Origin: Eledone cirrhosa
Lineage: Eukaryota
Assembly: GCA_964016885.1 (NCBI GenBank)
Contig: OZ024741.1
Location: 47,182,001 to 47,246,000, forward strand
Direction of reading: 5' to 3'
DNA length: 64,000 bases
Both the position numbers and the translations under genes were made by a program. Of this stretch, positions 27,258 through 39,339 are shown piece after piece; position 1 is the stretch's first letter, and each line of letters opens with the position of its first letter. The notes beneath the pieces are model-generated. The model saw only the letters and a program-made list of their open reading frames with translations. It was not told where the DNA came from and did not search any database.

Positions 27258-29600
27258 TGCACGCTCTTGTAAACAGCCCTGTTCGTTTTCCAACCAGGGA
27301 AACAGATTTCAGGAGACCTGAACACGGCACAGTCTCCTCTGACGCTCCCAAATAATCGTGCGTTCTTCTTAACAGACATGGATTCCCAAGCACGTTGTTT
27401 GGTTGACACAGGCGCCGCTTGCAGCATATGGCCATTAAAACTTCTCAAAGAGAAGCCACCACTTTCACCCATATCTCTGCAAGCTGTAAATCATTCACCG
27501 ATCCCCACGTACGGTCAAATTTCTCGTTCTTTGAACCTGGAATTGCGCAGAGACTTCACGTAGATATTCACTGTCGCCGATCTGCCTTACCCTATTCTAG
27601 GCTCGGATTTCCTGCACCACTATAACCTTTTAGTGGATATGCGCAGACGCCGGTTGTTGGATGCGAACACGGAACTGTCCGTCCCAGGTATAAGATCGAC
27701 TATCTCGTCTATCAGCCCGGTTTTCTTTATCGCCGCTTCAGAAGATCCTTTTCAGGCGCTGTTACATTCCTTCCCAGAATTGACCAATTCAAATTTTGTG
27801 ATGAGTAAGCCTACTCACTCAACAAAACACTACATTGAGACATCTGGTGTTCCTGCATTTTCATGCCCTCGCCACCTCCCTGCGGAGAAATTGAAAGTGG
27901 CGAAGGCTGAATTCAACCACATGCTGCAGCTCGGGATCATACGCCCATCCTCAAGTCCGTGGGCCATTCCTTTGCATTTGGTTCCGAAGCATTCCAGTGA
28001 TTGGCATCCCACTGGGGACTTTCGCCGGTTAAACGCAATGACAATACCCGATCCCACACATACAGGATTTCGCGTCTTCGCTTCACAAATGTAAGACATT
28101 ATCCAAATTGGATTTGGTCAAGGCTTACCACCAGATTCCAATGAACCCGGCAGATATACCTAAAACTTCCGTAACAACTCCTTTCGGAGCGTTCAAATTT
28201 CTGACTATGCCTTTCAGGTTGCAAAACGCAGCCAGTACTTTCCTACGTTTCATGGATGAAGTTGTGCGCGATTTGGACTTCGTGTATAACTACATTGATG
28301 ACATTCTCGTGGCAAGTGCCTCACCCGAGGAACATGTCACTCACCTCCGTCTACTGTTTCAGCGGTTTCAGCAGTATCGGGTGCGAATCAATCCGGCGAA
28401 ATGTGTTTTGGGTACATCTTCACTTGTCTTCTTGGGCCACGTTATCAGCCCCGAGGGAATCTCACCACTACCTGACAAAGTGAAAGCTCTGCAAGACCTT
28501 CACCCACCCACTTCACTTCGACAGCTACGACATTTCCTTGGTCTGCTGAACTACTATAGGCGTTTTATCCCACACTGTGCGAATCTCCTGTCTCCTCTGT
28601 CCGACCCGTTACATAACAGGAAAAAGAAAAATGAATCAATCACACTGGACACGAGTCAGCTAAAAGCCTTCAACGAAGTGAAGCAGAAACTTGCACATCC
28701 TGTGTCTGGTGCCTAGTTTTCCCTGGTCGTTGATGCATCAGGCACAGTTGTAAGTGCAGTGTTGCAACAGCACCACCAACAACAATTACAACCTCTCGCG
28801 TACTTCTCGAGACAACTGAAACCTGCAGAAACAAGATATAGCACATTCAGCCGTGAACTCCTGGCTATGTACCTCTCAGTGAAACACTTTCGGCATGTAC
28901 TGGGGGGGGGGGGGGGGTCGACAATTTGCGATCTACACCGATCATCGTCCGCTTATGTTCGCACTGCGTTCTAAGCCGGATAAATATTCACCTCGCGAAA
29001 CTCGTCACTTGGATTTCGTTTCGCAATTTACCAGTGATATCCGACATCTCCGGTGAACAGAATGCGCAGCAGATGCCTTGTCTCCCCTCCCAATCAATTC
29101 CCTGTCATCACCTTCAGATATTGACCTTCAACGGATGGCCACAAAACAGCCACCTCTAGATACCTTGGATCTCTCGTCGCCTGAATTTGCAACTGGCAAA
29201 TTTTCATATCTACCTGTGCCCACTTCAGACACAGATTATTTGCGACACCTCGACAGATTCACCTCATCCCCTAGTTCCAGTGACTCATCGTCGAGCTGTT
29301 TTCGATACCTTGCACGGTCTGGCACACCCCGGGATCTCGACCACAGTGAAGCTCATTTCGGCTAGATTCTTCTGGCCGAATATGAGGCGTGACATCACTG
29401 CCTGGACACGTTCCTGTTTATCCTGCCAGAAGTCAAAGTGGCACAAACACATCCGCACACCTCTCGGAACTTTCAGCACTCCAAACGCTCGGTTCAGTTA
29501 TGTCCATATAGATCTCGTTGGACCATGGCCGGTCAGCCAAGGATTTACATATCTCCTGACCTGTATAGATCGCTTCACACGTTGGCCTGAGGCCATTCCT
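27258..29600 (+). mobile_element. Gypsy (CsRn1-lineage) gag end and pol fragment (PR-RT-RH-partial IN)
   Basis: CKQPCSF gag tail, LVDTGAACS, DLVKAYHQIP, YIDDILVAS, FLGLLNYYRRFIP, YSTFSRELLA, and IN HHCC plus IDRFTRWPEAIP. Multiple frameshifts. Confidence 0.93.
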
Positions 29601-29964
29601 TTTATGGCCAAGGCATAGATAAACTTATTGAACGATGGGAGGAGGTCATCAACAACAACGGAGATTATCTTGTTGACTAGTTTTATGCAATTTAACATTG
29701 TAAAACTATTACCATAAAACATTTTGAAGAATGGTCACGACTTATTCCCCAACCCAATAGTAATAGCAGCAAGACGGTCTGACACTTTGTATACTTGAAT
29801 GTTTCATTATGTAATTCTTAATTCAAACTTTCCTCTGGTGCAGGAGAAGGCTTCAGATATGAAAACAAAAACACAAGACTTCATTGTTATTTTCACTAAA
29901 ATCACATAAAGAAGAAGGTTCTAGTGCCAGTTCTGTAGGTGAATACTAGGTATATAGGAATAGA

Positions 29965-30470
29965 ATTAATAATTTTGACATGACCATGGGATCACAAAAT
30001 TCAGCAAAATTACAGATATAGTTGGCATGAACATAGCACACAAACACCATAATGAATTTAAGGATCTTCAAGAGGGCACATACAGAGATGATGCTCTTTC
30101 GCTAGTTAGGAATGCAAATGGTCAGATATTAGAAAAGAAGCAAAAACATTAGATTATTCTTTAATCAGATAGGCTTGAAAATAATGTTCATGTATAACTT
30201 TACATAGACCAACTTCTTAGGCGTAACTTTCAATCTTAATTCTGGTCTTGTTTCACCATATCATAAGAATAATGAGAAACTATTGTATATTAATTGTTAT
30301 TCCAACCACCCAAAAATCTATAAATTCTATAGTTAGAAATGTATCACTTAGAATTTCCCCGACTCTTGGCCTCTTTAGATATATTTAAGGAACATGCTGA
30401 ATACTATAAAAATGCATTATGAAGAGCTGGATATAAAACTGGGATAGAGTACCTGAATGAAACTGTAGCA
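29965..30470 (+). mobile_element. PLE RT fragment
   Basis: FDMTMGS, YRDDAL, NFLGVTFNL and YINCYSNHP. Confidence 0.75.
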
Positions 30471-31084
30471 AGACATGATAGAACTATTTTATTGTGACAT
30501 ATGAATACAAATAACCACTTCTGCCCAGCAATAGAACGTACCTTTTTCGTAACTAGCTTGGAGTTGCAGCCTGGACACTGATAGGGCAATAGCTCATAAC
30601 TTGCATTCCCATTGTTTTAATTTTTCTCTCCAACAATGAGAGTAGTTCGTTAGACAGCCTTTAAGAGAGTTATTGTTTATCTGTCAACTTATTTTACCAA
30701 ATATTCTAATGCCTTACAGATGAAATATCATTCCTACAACCAGCTTTGGAAATTTTACCAACTTTACAGTAAAGTAATGATAAATTAGTGCCTGTCTCGC
30801 TACATTTTTAGCCTACCTAAAAACATTTATTTCACTGACATCTTCACAGAGAAAACTTTGCTGCATACACTTTTTACACGTTCAAACAAATTAAAAATAA
30901 ATTATTTTTGTATAAAAACTGAACTATGCCTTCTAATATATTTTTTTGAACCATTGGAACACTTCTTCAACATCTCCATCTTCCTAAAGTGGCAATCTTG
31001 CTAAAATGATAATTCTTACTAAAGTGGTGACTTTCCGACATCGGAATATTTCTTTTGGAAATATTCCCTAAAAAAAAAAAAAAA

Positions 31085-31510
31085 TCTTAAAATTACGCCC
31101 AATCATTGCCAGTCCAATATCAAGCACACAACATCTGAGCAACCTATTAGATATGATACTAAAACCTCTATGTAAAAAAGTACGAAGCTTCATCAGAGAC
31201 AGCATGGATTTGTTTAACTATGTCCTTTAAAAAGTGGATAAGGGAACAATTCTAGTTAGTTTTGATGTAACAAGTCTATACACTAATAGACCCCAAAATT
31301 TAGGAATGGAAGCTGTAGACTTCTGGATCACAAAACACCCAGATTACATGCCCGAAAGATTTCTAAAAGACTATCCTGGAACTGAAAATAGTGTTGGAGA
31401 ATAACCACTCCCTCTTTGGCAACAACTTTTATTTACAAATAAAAGGAACAACCATAGACACAAAAGTAGCCACAACATCTGCAACACTTGTTATGGGCCT
31501 CCTCGAGGCC
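31085..31510 (+). mobile_element. PLE RT fragment (second family)
   Basis: KLRPIIASP, ILVSFDVTSLYTN and FYLQIKGT. Confidence 0.8.
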
Positions 31511-31659
31511 CATAACAATGGGCCTTTTATCAAAATGTTAAGTGTCATAGACAATGTCTTGGGAATGGGGAAAAAGCCCAATCACAACCGAAAAGGGAAC
31601 ATCATGTTGAGGGTCTTGAGGATCCTAGATGATGACCCCGTGAAGAGAATGATGATTGG

Positions 31660-32232
31660 AAACAGAAGCCAGCTCATCACCACATCAGCTGTGAGGAACA
31701 CAACTAATGCTGCAGTAGGAGTGGGTTTTGTGTTCAGTACAAGAGCCAACCTATTCGTGAGGGAGATCATACCTGTCTCCCCGCTAGTGTTGAGGGTGAC
31801 CATCAGTGGAAACCTCAAAGCCGACAGTCATCTCAGCCTATAGTCCAACTGAGGGGGACAGTGATGTTAGTGCAGAGGAGTTCCATGAGGAAGTGAGTTG
31901 AGCTGTCAACACCACACAAGCTCATAACATTCTGTTTGTTCTGGGTGACTTCAATGCACATCTGAGTAAGGAGAGCAGTGAAGATTCTTGCTGGTACTTC
32001 CATAACAAAACAAACCAAAACAGGAGACTACTGAGGGACATCCTACTGGAGGCGAACCTGATGGCAACCAACCTAAGGTTTAGGAAGAATCCAGGGAAGA
32101 TGTGGACCTACATCTTTGATATGCACCTGACCAAGTCCCAGATTGATTTTATTCTGGTGAAGAGGGAGTGGCAGAATAGTGTTCTAAACACAGAACCCTA
32201 CCCTTATTTCAATACACTGGGCAGTGACCACC
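31660..32232 (+). mobile_element. RTE APE endonuclease fragment
   Basis: GVGF, SAYSPTE, LGDFNAHL, SQIDFILV and LGSDH. Confidence 0.8.
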
Positions 32233-32289
32233 TGTTTTGTTCTAGGCACTATCTGCCTAGCTTCAACCTAATGACCAGTAATTGCTTTC

Positions 32290-32520
32290 ATTTTTTATAT
32301 CTTCCTGTGTGTATATAAATTCGGCCTTCTAACAAATGTGTTTATATCGAATTGAGTGTTAAAAATATAATTATTTATATATGGATGTCAGAAGCCTGTC
32401 GCTGAAAGTAAAAGAAGGACCACACTAACCAAGGTCTATAAATGTTTCAACCTGTAATTATTAATAGGCATTTGACTCTTTTCGTTATAAAATGGTGACG
32501 CCGACATGATACGAACACGC
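32290..32520 (+). mobile_element. LTR remnant with tRNA-Trp primer-binding site
   Basis: ...TTATAAAA-TGGTGACGCCGACATGATACGAACACGC (32493-32520) is complementary to the tRNA-Trp 3' end including CCA. The LTR start is uncertain. Confidence 0.6.
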
Positions 32521-32699
32521 AGAGGGTTATGAAAGGCAAAAGAGAATAGATGGAGAGATGGGTGGAACATTTCTTGAAAATAATTTTTTAAAAAATTTAA
32601 AAAAACTTAAAGCAAAAATCCCTCAAACTCAGCAAGGCAGATCATCTTGTTAACAGTCCCCCTCATAACACCAACAATGCCGAGCCTTGCGGCGCACCT

Positions 32700-34100
32700 A
32701 CCAACAACACAACACTCAATGCAAGACAACTTGTCACGGACTTGACAGGATATCTCTCCCGAGAAGAACTAAATCTCCTCAGTCTTGGTCCCAAGTTCAT
32801 ACTAAAACAGAGACTGGACGAAAGGTTATGGTTCGACCTAAGACGAATTTCTGTTGAGCTGCCTACCAACTAAAATGGATATTGGCCATCGGCAACAACG
32901 CTTCCGAAACAAACACTTCCACCAGATTCCCGAGATACCAACTAGACCATCCACTCTATCCACTAAACCGTGAACTTGATGAGAAACTCTCGAGACTGAA
33001 GCAGTCTATATTTGATATCCTGCGGAAACAGAAGAGGATAACCCCAAATCTCTCCAGAACCCAACACCTCACCCTGAAAAACCTACGAGAAAGGGAGCTC
33101 ATCTACCTATCCTCCGACAAAGGGAAGGAATTCTATGTCCTCTCCCAGGCCACCTATGACAACTTGGCCTTTGATCATCTGAGCGACAACAGACTGTACA
33201 CGGAAGTCTGACATAACTGCAGCCCAGATCAAAGAGCAAGTGAACACCATCTGGCCTGACATCTGCCAAATAAACGTAAGATTAACTTCATCACCAGAAC
33301 TAACAGACTGCCCACTTTCTACCACTTCATTAAGACCTACAAAAATAATACTAGACTACAAATTAGACCCATGATCTCCAGCATAGAAGGAACCCTATAT
33401 AAAATTTCCTGGCTTCTCACCCAGATCCTTAAGCCTAGACTCTCCACCTTCCCCGAGCATGTCAGTAGCTCCGATGAAGTTGTACAAAGACTCCACCAAC
33501 TCTAACCAGACCTACTTAGACTCAAGAAGTGCGCCTTTAGCCTCGACGTTGTCTCCCTCTACAGTACAGTCCCCGCTCACCCAACCATCAACTTATTGAC
33601 TGACTACATGATCTCCGATAACATTTACTTCTACAGTCTACACCCGACAGACACACACACCACACACTTCTTGGAAGTGTGTAAGCTAAATGGTTACCCG
33701 ACATCCACCGTGAATCATGTTAGAAATAAAAAACACTGCATTCGAAGCACAAACTCCACCAACACCTGCTTCTTAAAGCTCCCACATTTCAGTGATGAAA
33801 CAACAATGGCCATCCGCAGGGCCATCCGAAGGGAAGGACTGGACTTACAACTAGCTCATTCAGGGCCTTCCTTATGCGGACAACTTTCTATGAGACGAAC
33901 TGTTGAACATAACAGCCGATGCACGTTGGCCAACTGCCCCATCGATAATACAGACATATGCCATCAAGCATATATCATGTACAGAGTCCAGTGTGATAAA
34001 TGCAACAACTTCTATACAGATAGCATGTCCAGACACTTGCACATCAGGATTAAACTAATGCTTCCTCATTCAAGAAGCACTTAGAGAAATGCAAAAACAC
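32700..34100 (+). mobile_element. Internally deleted PLE (RT plus GIY-YIG remnants)
   Basis: LLSLGPKF, SSDKG, IRPMISS and AFSLDVVSLYS; GIY-YIG-like IMYRVQCDKCNNFY...RHLHIRIK. Confidence 0.85.
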
Positions 34101-34114
34101 CTAAAAAAAATAAC

Positions 34115-34400
34115 AGCAAAAGAAAGTTGATGTATGTTGTATACAAGAGACCAGATGGAAGGAGAATCTTATAGGCTCCTAGTAAGTACAAAAGAATTTT
34201 TTCTGGAAAGGAAATGACAGCAAGCAAGGTAGGGTAGGTATTATGCTAGCAGAAAAATGGGTGGACATGATAATTACAGTAAATAGAATAAATCATTACA
34301 CTAGTCCTAAATAGAATAATGGTTAACAATCCTGTCTGTTTAAGCACCCCAATCAAGACTGTCAGGCGTGCAAAAAGACGGGTTTTATGAACCCGTAATA
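34115..34400 (+). mobile_element. RTE APE N-terminal fragment
   Basis: VDVCCIQETRWK...FFWKGN...VGIMLAEKWVD. Confidence 0.7.
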
Positions 34401-34429
34401 TATTGTTGGGGAGAAGTATGTTAGTGATG

Positions 34430-35120
34430 ACAAAGGCACACTTGCCCTCGTCAACACTAAAAAGAAAGTTGCATTAGTGGGTGCTGGCATGGGGTAAAGG
34501 AGAGAGTGTGTGGTAAAGAGGTACGGGTGTATGTGTGTGGGTCAGTGGATGGGTGAAGTGTGTGGAGTGTGTAGAGGTGTTTGTGTGTGGGGAGTTTAAA
34601 ATGTTACCAGTCCAGGTCTGGTGAAGGAGGTGTAGCAAAAGGAGTGCCGGACATGGAGGGATTGGCCATTGGGGCCCTAGAAGGTTGTATAGTGTTGAAG
34701 TGAGGGCAAGTGTGGCAACAGGATCGGGAACAGGGGAGGGATCCGGTGGAGGAAGGGTGCTATGAACGATGAGGTTCCAGAGGTTGCATGCGGGCTTGAA
34801 GGTGGGGAAGTGTGGGAGTGGGAGGGGTCTGACCGGAAGCAGAAGAGCTGCTGGTGGTGCAATGTGACAGGGTGGTATGTAAAGGGAAAATGGAGTTGGT
34901 GGGTGGGGGAGCCAAGGTCATGGGGTGAGGGCGGTAGTGCAGTGGACAGCACAAATGAGAGCGGCATGGACAAGGCAGGTGGTAACCGACTGACCGACCA
35001 AATAGAGGGTCTGGATTTCAAAGACTTCAATTCTGCTATAAAGGCAATAGAGTCGTGAGTCAGTGGGTTTAAAGAAGGCAGTGGTGATGAGTGAGTGTGT
35101 GATTTGCTGAGTCATATCTT
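34430..35120 (-). mobile_element. PLE 3' fragment on the minus strand
   Basis: Minus-strand ITTAFFKPTDSRLY; resembles 4480-4750; ends near a decayed hammerhead-like TGACGAGGGCAAGTGTGCC. Confidence 0.65.
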
Positions 35121-38100
35121 CAAGAGAGCAAAGAAGTCATAAAAATATGAGCCACAAAGGGGCCCACAGAAGCCTGGAAGGATCTAGAGCATTGGTTCCC
35201 AACCAGGGGGCCATGGCCCACCAGTGGGCCATAGCAAGTTATTGGGGGAGCCACAGGAATTAACTAAAAATCACAAAATTTCATACATAACAAAGAAGAG
35301 TAGTTTCCTAACATAATTTTTTCTTTTTCTTGCTTCAAATTTTTATATTCAACTTTTTATCAATTTTCTACCTTTTCTAATTATGATTTTACTTCACTTG
35401 ATAATTATTTAAATCTGGATATAACAATTTATGTTTTAGTAAATAAACTTAGTAAAGAAACTTATTTTTATAACAGGATATATATTATTTATTTTAGTAA
35501 ATTTCTCATTTAAAACTGGATCTAGAAACTTTTTTTATTTATTTGTCAGAAAAAAAGAAAGTATGATGATACATATCTTCAAATGGGATTTGTTTGCATG
35601 CAAAAGAACAATATTGATTTGCCTCAATGTGTAACTTGTTTCAAGGTACTGGACTATGAGGCCTTCTAAGCTCAAATTACATCTTTCAAAATATCATCCT
35701 GAAAAACTTGGAAAAGATGAATCTTTTTTTTTAAAAGGAAATCAGATGGTTTAAAAAATCAAAAGCTTGATGTAAGTGGTACTATTCATGAGACCAAAGC
35801 CACTATTGTTGAAGCTTCCTATCGGGTTGCTTATCTGATTGTTCAACAAAAGAAGGCACATACGATTGCTGAGGAACTTATTTTGCCTTGTGCCAAAGAG
35901 ATGGTTAAACTTGTTGGAGAAAGTGCTTCAAAGAAGTTAAATGATATATCCTTGTCAAATAACACAATAAAACGAAGGATAAATGATATATCGGAAGATT
36001 TGAAGGATGAAATCATTGAGCAAATTAAGGATTCACCATGGCTTGCATTGCAGCTTGATGAATCAACTGATGTTCCCATGTGTTCTCAACTCCTAGTCTT
36101 CTGTCGCTATTTGTTTAATGGTCATATGAAAGAAGAGTTTCTTTACTGTCATTCGCTGGAGGGCACAACGAAAGCAGTTGATGTCATGGAATCAATTTCT
36201 ACATTTATTGACAAACAAGGAATTCTTTGGCAACGTCTCATAGGCATAACAGCAGATGGAGCATCAGCAATGCTTGGATCAAGGTCTGGTTTTCAAACAC
36301 TGGTAAAAGCTAAAGCACCACAAGTAGTAGGAGTACATTGCTTCATACACAGGGAAGCCCTTGCATCAAAATCATTGCCTCAAAAATTAAATAATTTCTT
36401 CAAAGACATTGTCAAAATTGTAAATTTTATCAAATCATCAGCTCTGAATACTCGTTTGTTCAAACAACTTTGTGATGACCTGGGAACAAAGCACACAAAT
36501 CTTCTTTACTACACAGCTGTCTGTTGGTTGTCAGCTGGTCAATTTTTGGAAAGGTTTTTCTTGCTTCGCAATGTGGTGAAAAAGTTTGTTGAAGAGCAAA
36601 AGAAGCAAGATATTCTGGAAAAATTTCCACATGATCAATTTGATCTTCTTGCTTATCTTGTTGACATTTTCGACATACTCAATAGTTTGAATTCAAAGTT
36701 GCAAGGGAAAAATTGCAATATTCTGTGACATACAGATGCTATCCGCGCTTTTCTAGGAAAATTAGTATTATACAAGCAAAGAGTTCACCAAGGTAATGTT
36801 ATAATGTTTCCAAAAATGACATCTATTCTAAATGGAGAGCAACTCCCAATGACCACAGAACTTGAAATAACTGAGCATCTGTCACAACTTGAGGATGAGT
36901 TTCAGAGGTACTTCCCAGTTCTAAGTCAACAAAATCTTGAGTTGACAAGAAATCCCTTTCTTTGTGATGTGGAAGTTGTACCAGAAGCCGCTCAAGAAGA
37001 ATTCCTTGAACTAATTAATGACAGCAAAGAATTTGTTTAAGATAGAAGAATTGAATGAATTCTGGTGTTCTATGAAAGTGTGCTACCCAAGAATAACTGA
37101 CATGGTGATCCATGTGTTGCTGCCATTTTCATCTACTTATCTTTGTGAGAGCGGGTTCTCTGCTATGCTAGCAATCAAATCAAAGGCAAGAAACAAATTG
37201 GCAGTTGAAGATGACTTGAGGTGTGCTCTTACCTCTATTTTTCCAAGATTCCAGAAACTAGTTGAAAACAAACAATTACAGAAATCTCATTAATTTGTTC
37301 TTTGAAATTAAATAATATGTTCTTATTTTAATGTTTTTTGTTGAAAAAGGATTTATAATAAATTTTAAATGATTTGATTGAAATAAAAAGACATGCTGAA
37401 ATTATTTCAACATAAAAAAATTATATCATTATATTTTTATAACTGAAAATTCTTCCCTCTCAAAAACGACAAAGCCTTAATTCCAGTGAAAGCTACGTTT
37501 TTGTATCGTGAACACGCATTATGAAAGATATAATACTATAACAATAATAATAATTATTCGTAAGTACACAATATTCCTATTAACAAACACACAATAGTTT
37601 ACATTATCTCAGAATTATAACATATACCAGTATTATTGTCTCCTACTGTTCAATACACCACAGAAGTTAATATTTTGAATATTTCTATCCTTATTTGCCA
37701 TTACCTATATTTACTGTTATTATCTATATTTCTTGTTGCACAAACAACTTGGTTAAGTGATCAACAACGAATCGAAGACACTGAAAAACAATAAGTAGCT
37801 CACAACAACAGTAACAAAAAAACAACAAAAAACACATCTTTAAATATCGCAACTGGTCATATATTGAAGTGGATACTTTCATTAACTCATGGTTCATTCT
37901 CTTTCAGACCGATAACATGCATGCCTCAAACTTCAATTTCATTGCTAAAAGAGTTGGCCATCTCTTTAATAACTCTGCTTCATATCTCACTGTGAGAAAC
38001 CTGTAACCACGTGGATAAACTAGCCCGAAATTTGTTTACTCACTACAGCCCATTTAATGTTATTATCTATATATTTTGTTGCACAAACAACTTGGTTAAG

Positions 38101-38544
38101 TGATCAACAACGAATCGAAGACACTGAAAAACAATAAGTAGTTCACAACAACAGCAACAGTAACAAAAAAAACACATCTTTAAATATCGTAACTGGTCAT
38201 ATATTGAAGTGGATTCAACTACAACATTCACATCAGCAGCTAAAAGAACTAATAGACCCACTGCCATCACCATCATCGTCGTCATTATCGTCATCATCAT
38301 TGTTTCCATCTTCTACTGCTACTTCCCCTTCTTCATCTTCTCTCCCTCCTCCTCCTCCCTCCGGCGTAACTAGCGCCCCCCCCCCCCCCTGGCTTTCTTC
38401 TCGGTCTAGGTGGGCCCCCTAGGCTATAATTCTAAACACATAACTTATTACACATGTAATTACGAATCCTTAACTACAACAACTTAAAGAAAACCCTTAA
38501 TCTCTAATAAGACTAGAAGTTAAGACCAATTTCTTGTTTATTTA

Positions 38545-38810
38545 AAGAATATAATATTTCGGATAAAATGGCAACTGCATCTAAAAAATGTGTGGAGAAT
38601 ATTCAGTCGAATAAAAGTGTTACATTTTTTTTATTTGCTTTCTCCACATCTTTAGTTGAGTCAGGTTTCAGTCGGGTTATGCATCTGCTTTCAAAAAGTG
38701 GAAATCGCCTTGATATAGAAAGAAGAGGTGGTTTACGACTCTCTCTAACGGCTTTGACACCAAACATTGACAAATTAGTAGCCTTGCCTCAATCACAGGG
38801 ATCTCATTAA
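38545..38810 (+). mobile_element. C-terminal fragment of another hAT transposase
   Basis: AFSTSLVESGFS...NRLDIERRGGLRLSLT...QGSH (hAT dimerisation domain). Confidence 0.75.
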
Positions 38811-39339
38811 AAACCGATTGTTATATTCTTTGATTTGTAAATATATATAAATGATTTGATATCTAAATTCTATATTATTCTTTTTGTTTGAAATGTTGTA
38901 ATACATACTTATATTATTCTCGATACTCAGTTTTTTAACCTAATATTTAATTAAAAGTATAATTATGCATGAGTATATACACACAAATATATATTTAGTT
39001 GGAATAAAATATTCGTTCTCATCATGAACTTTCTAGAGTTGTAACTTGATATCTGCTGTCCAGAACTTTGACCTAATTGTCTTCCTCTATTGTAACACCC
39101 CTCCTCATCCTCTAACTGCTTTCCATTGAATTTCATCTTTTATCTCCTTTTGGATTTTGTTGATTTAGAAACCAGCCAATGAATACCATCGGTCAATGTT
39201 CCTTTATATTTTGATATGTTTTTTATTCTTGTAATAAAATTAGTTTTCATTCAACACTGACGATAGAGAGCGGATGGAGGTATGTTGTATTTTCTTTGTA
39301 TAATTTGTAAAATATAAAATATATATATATATATATCTT

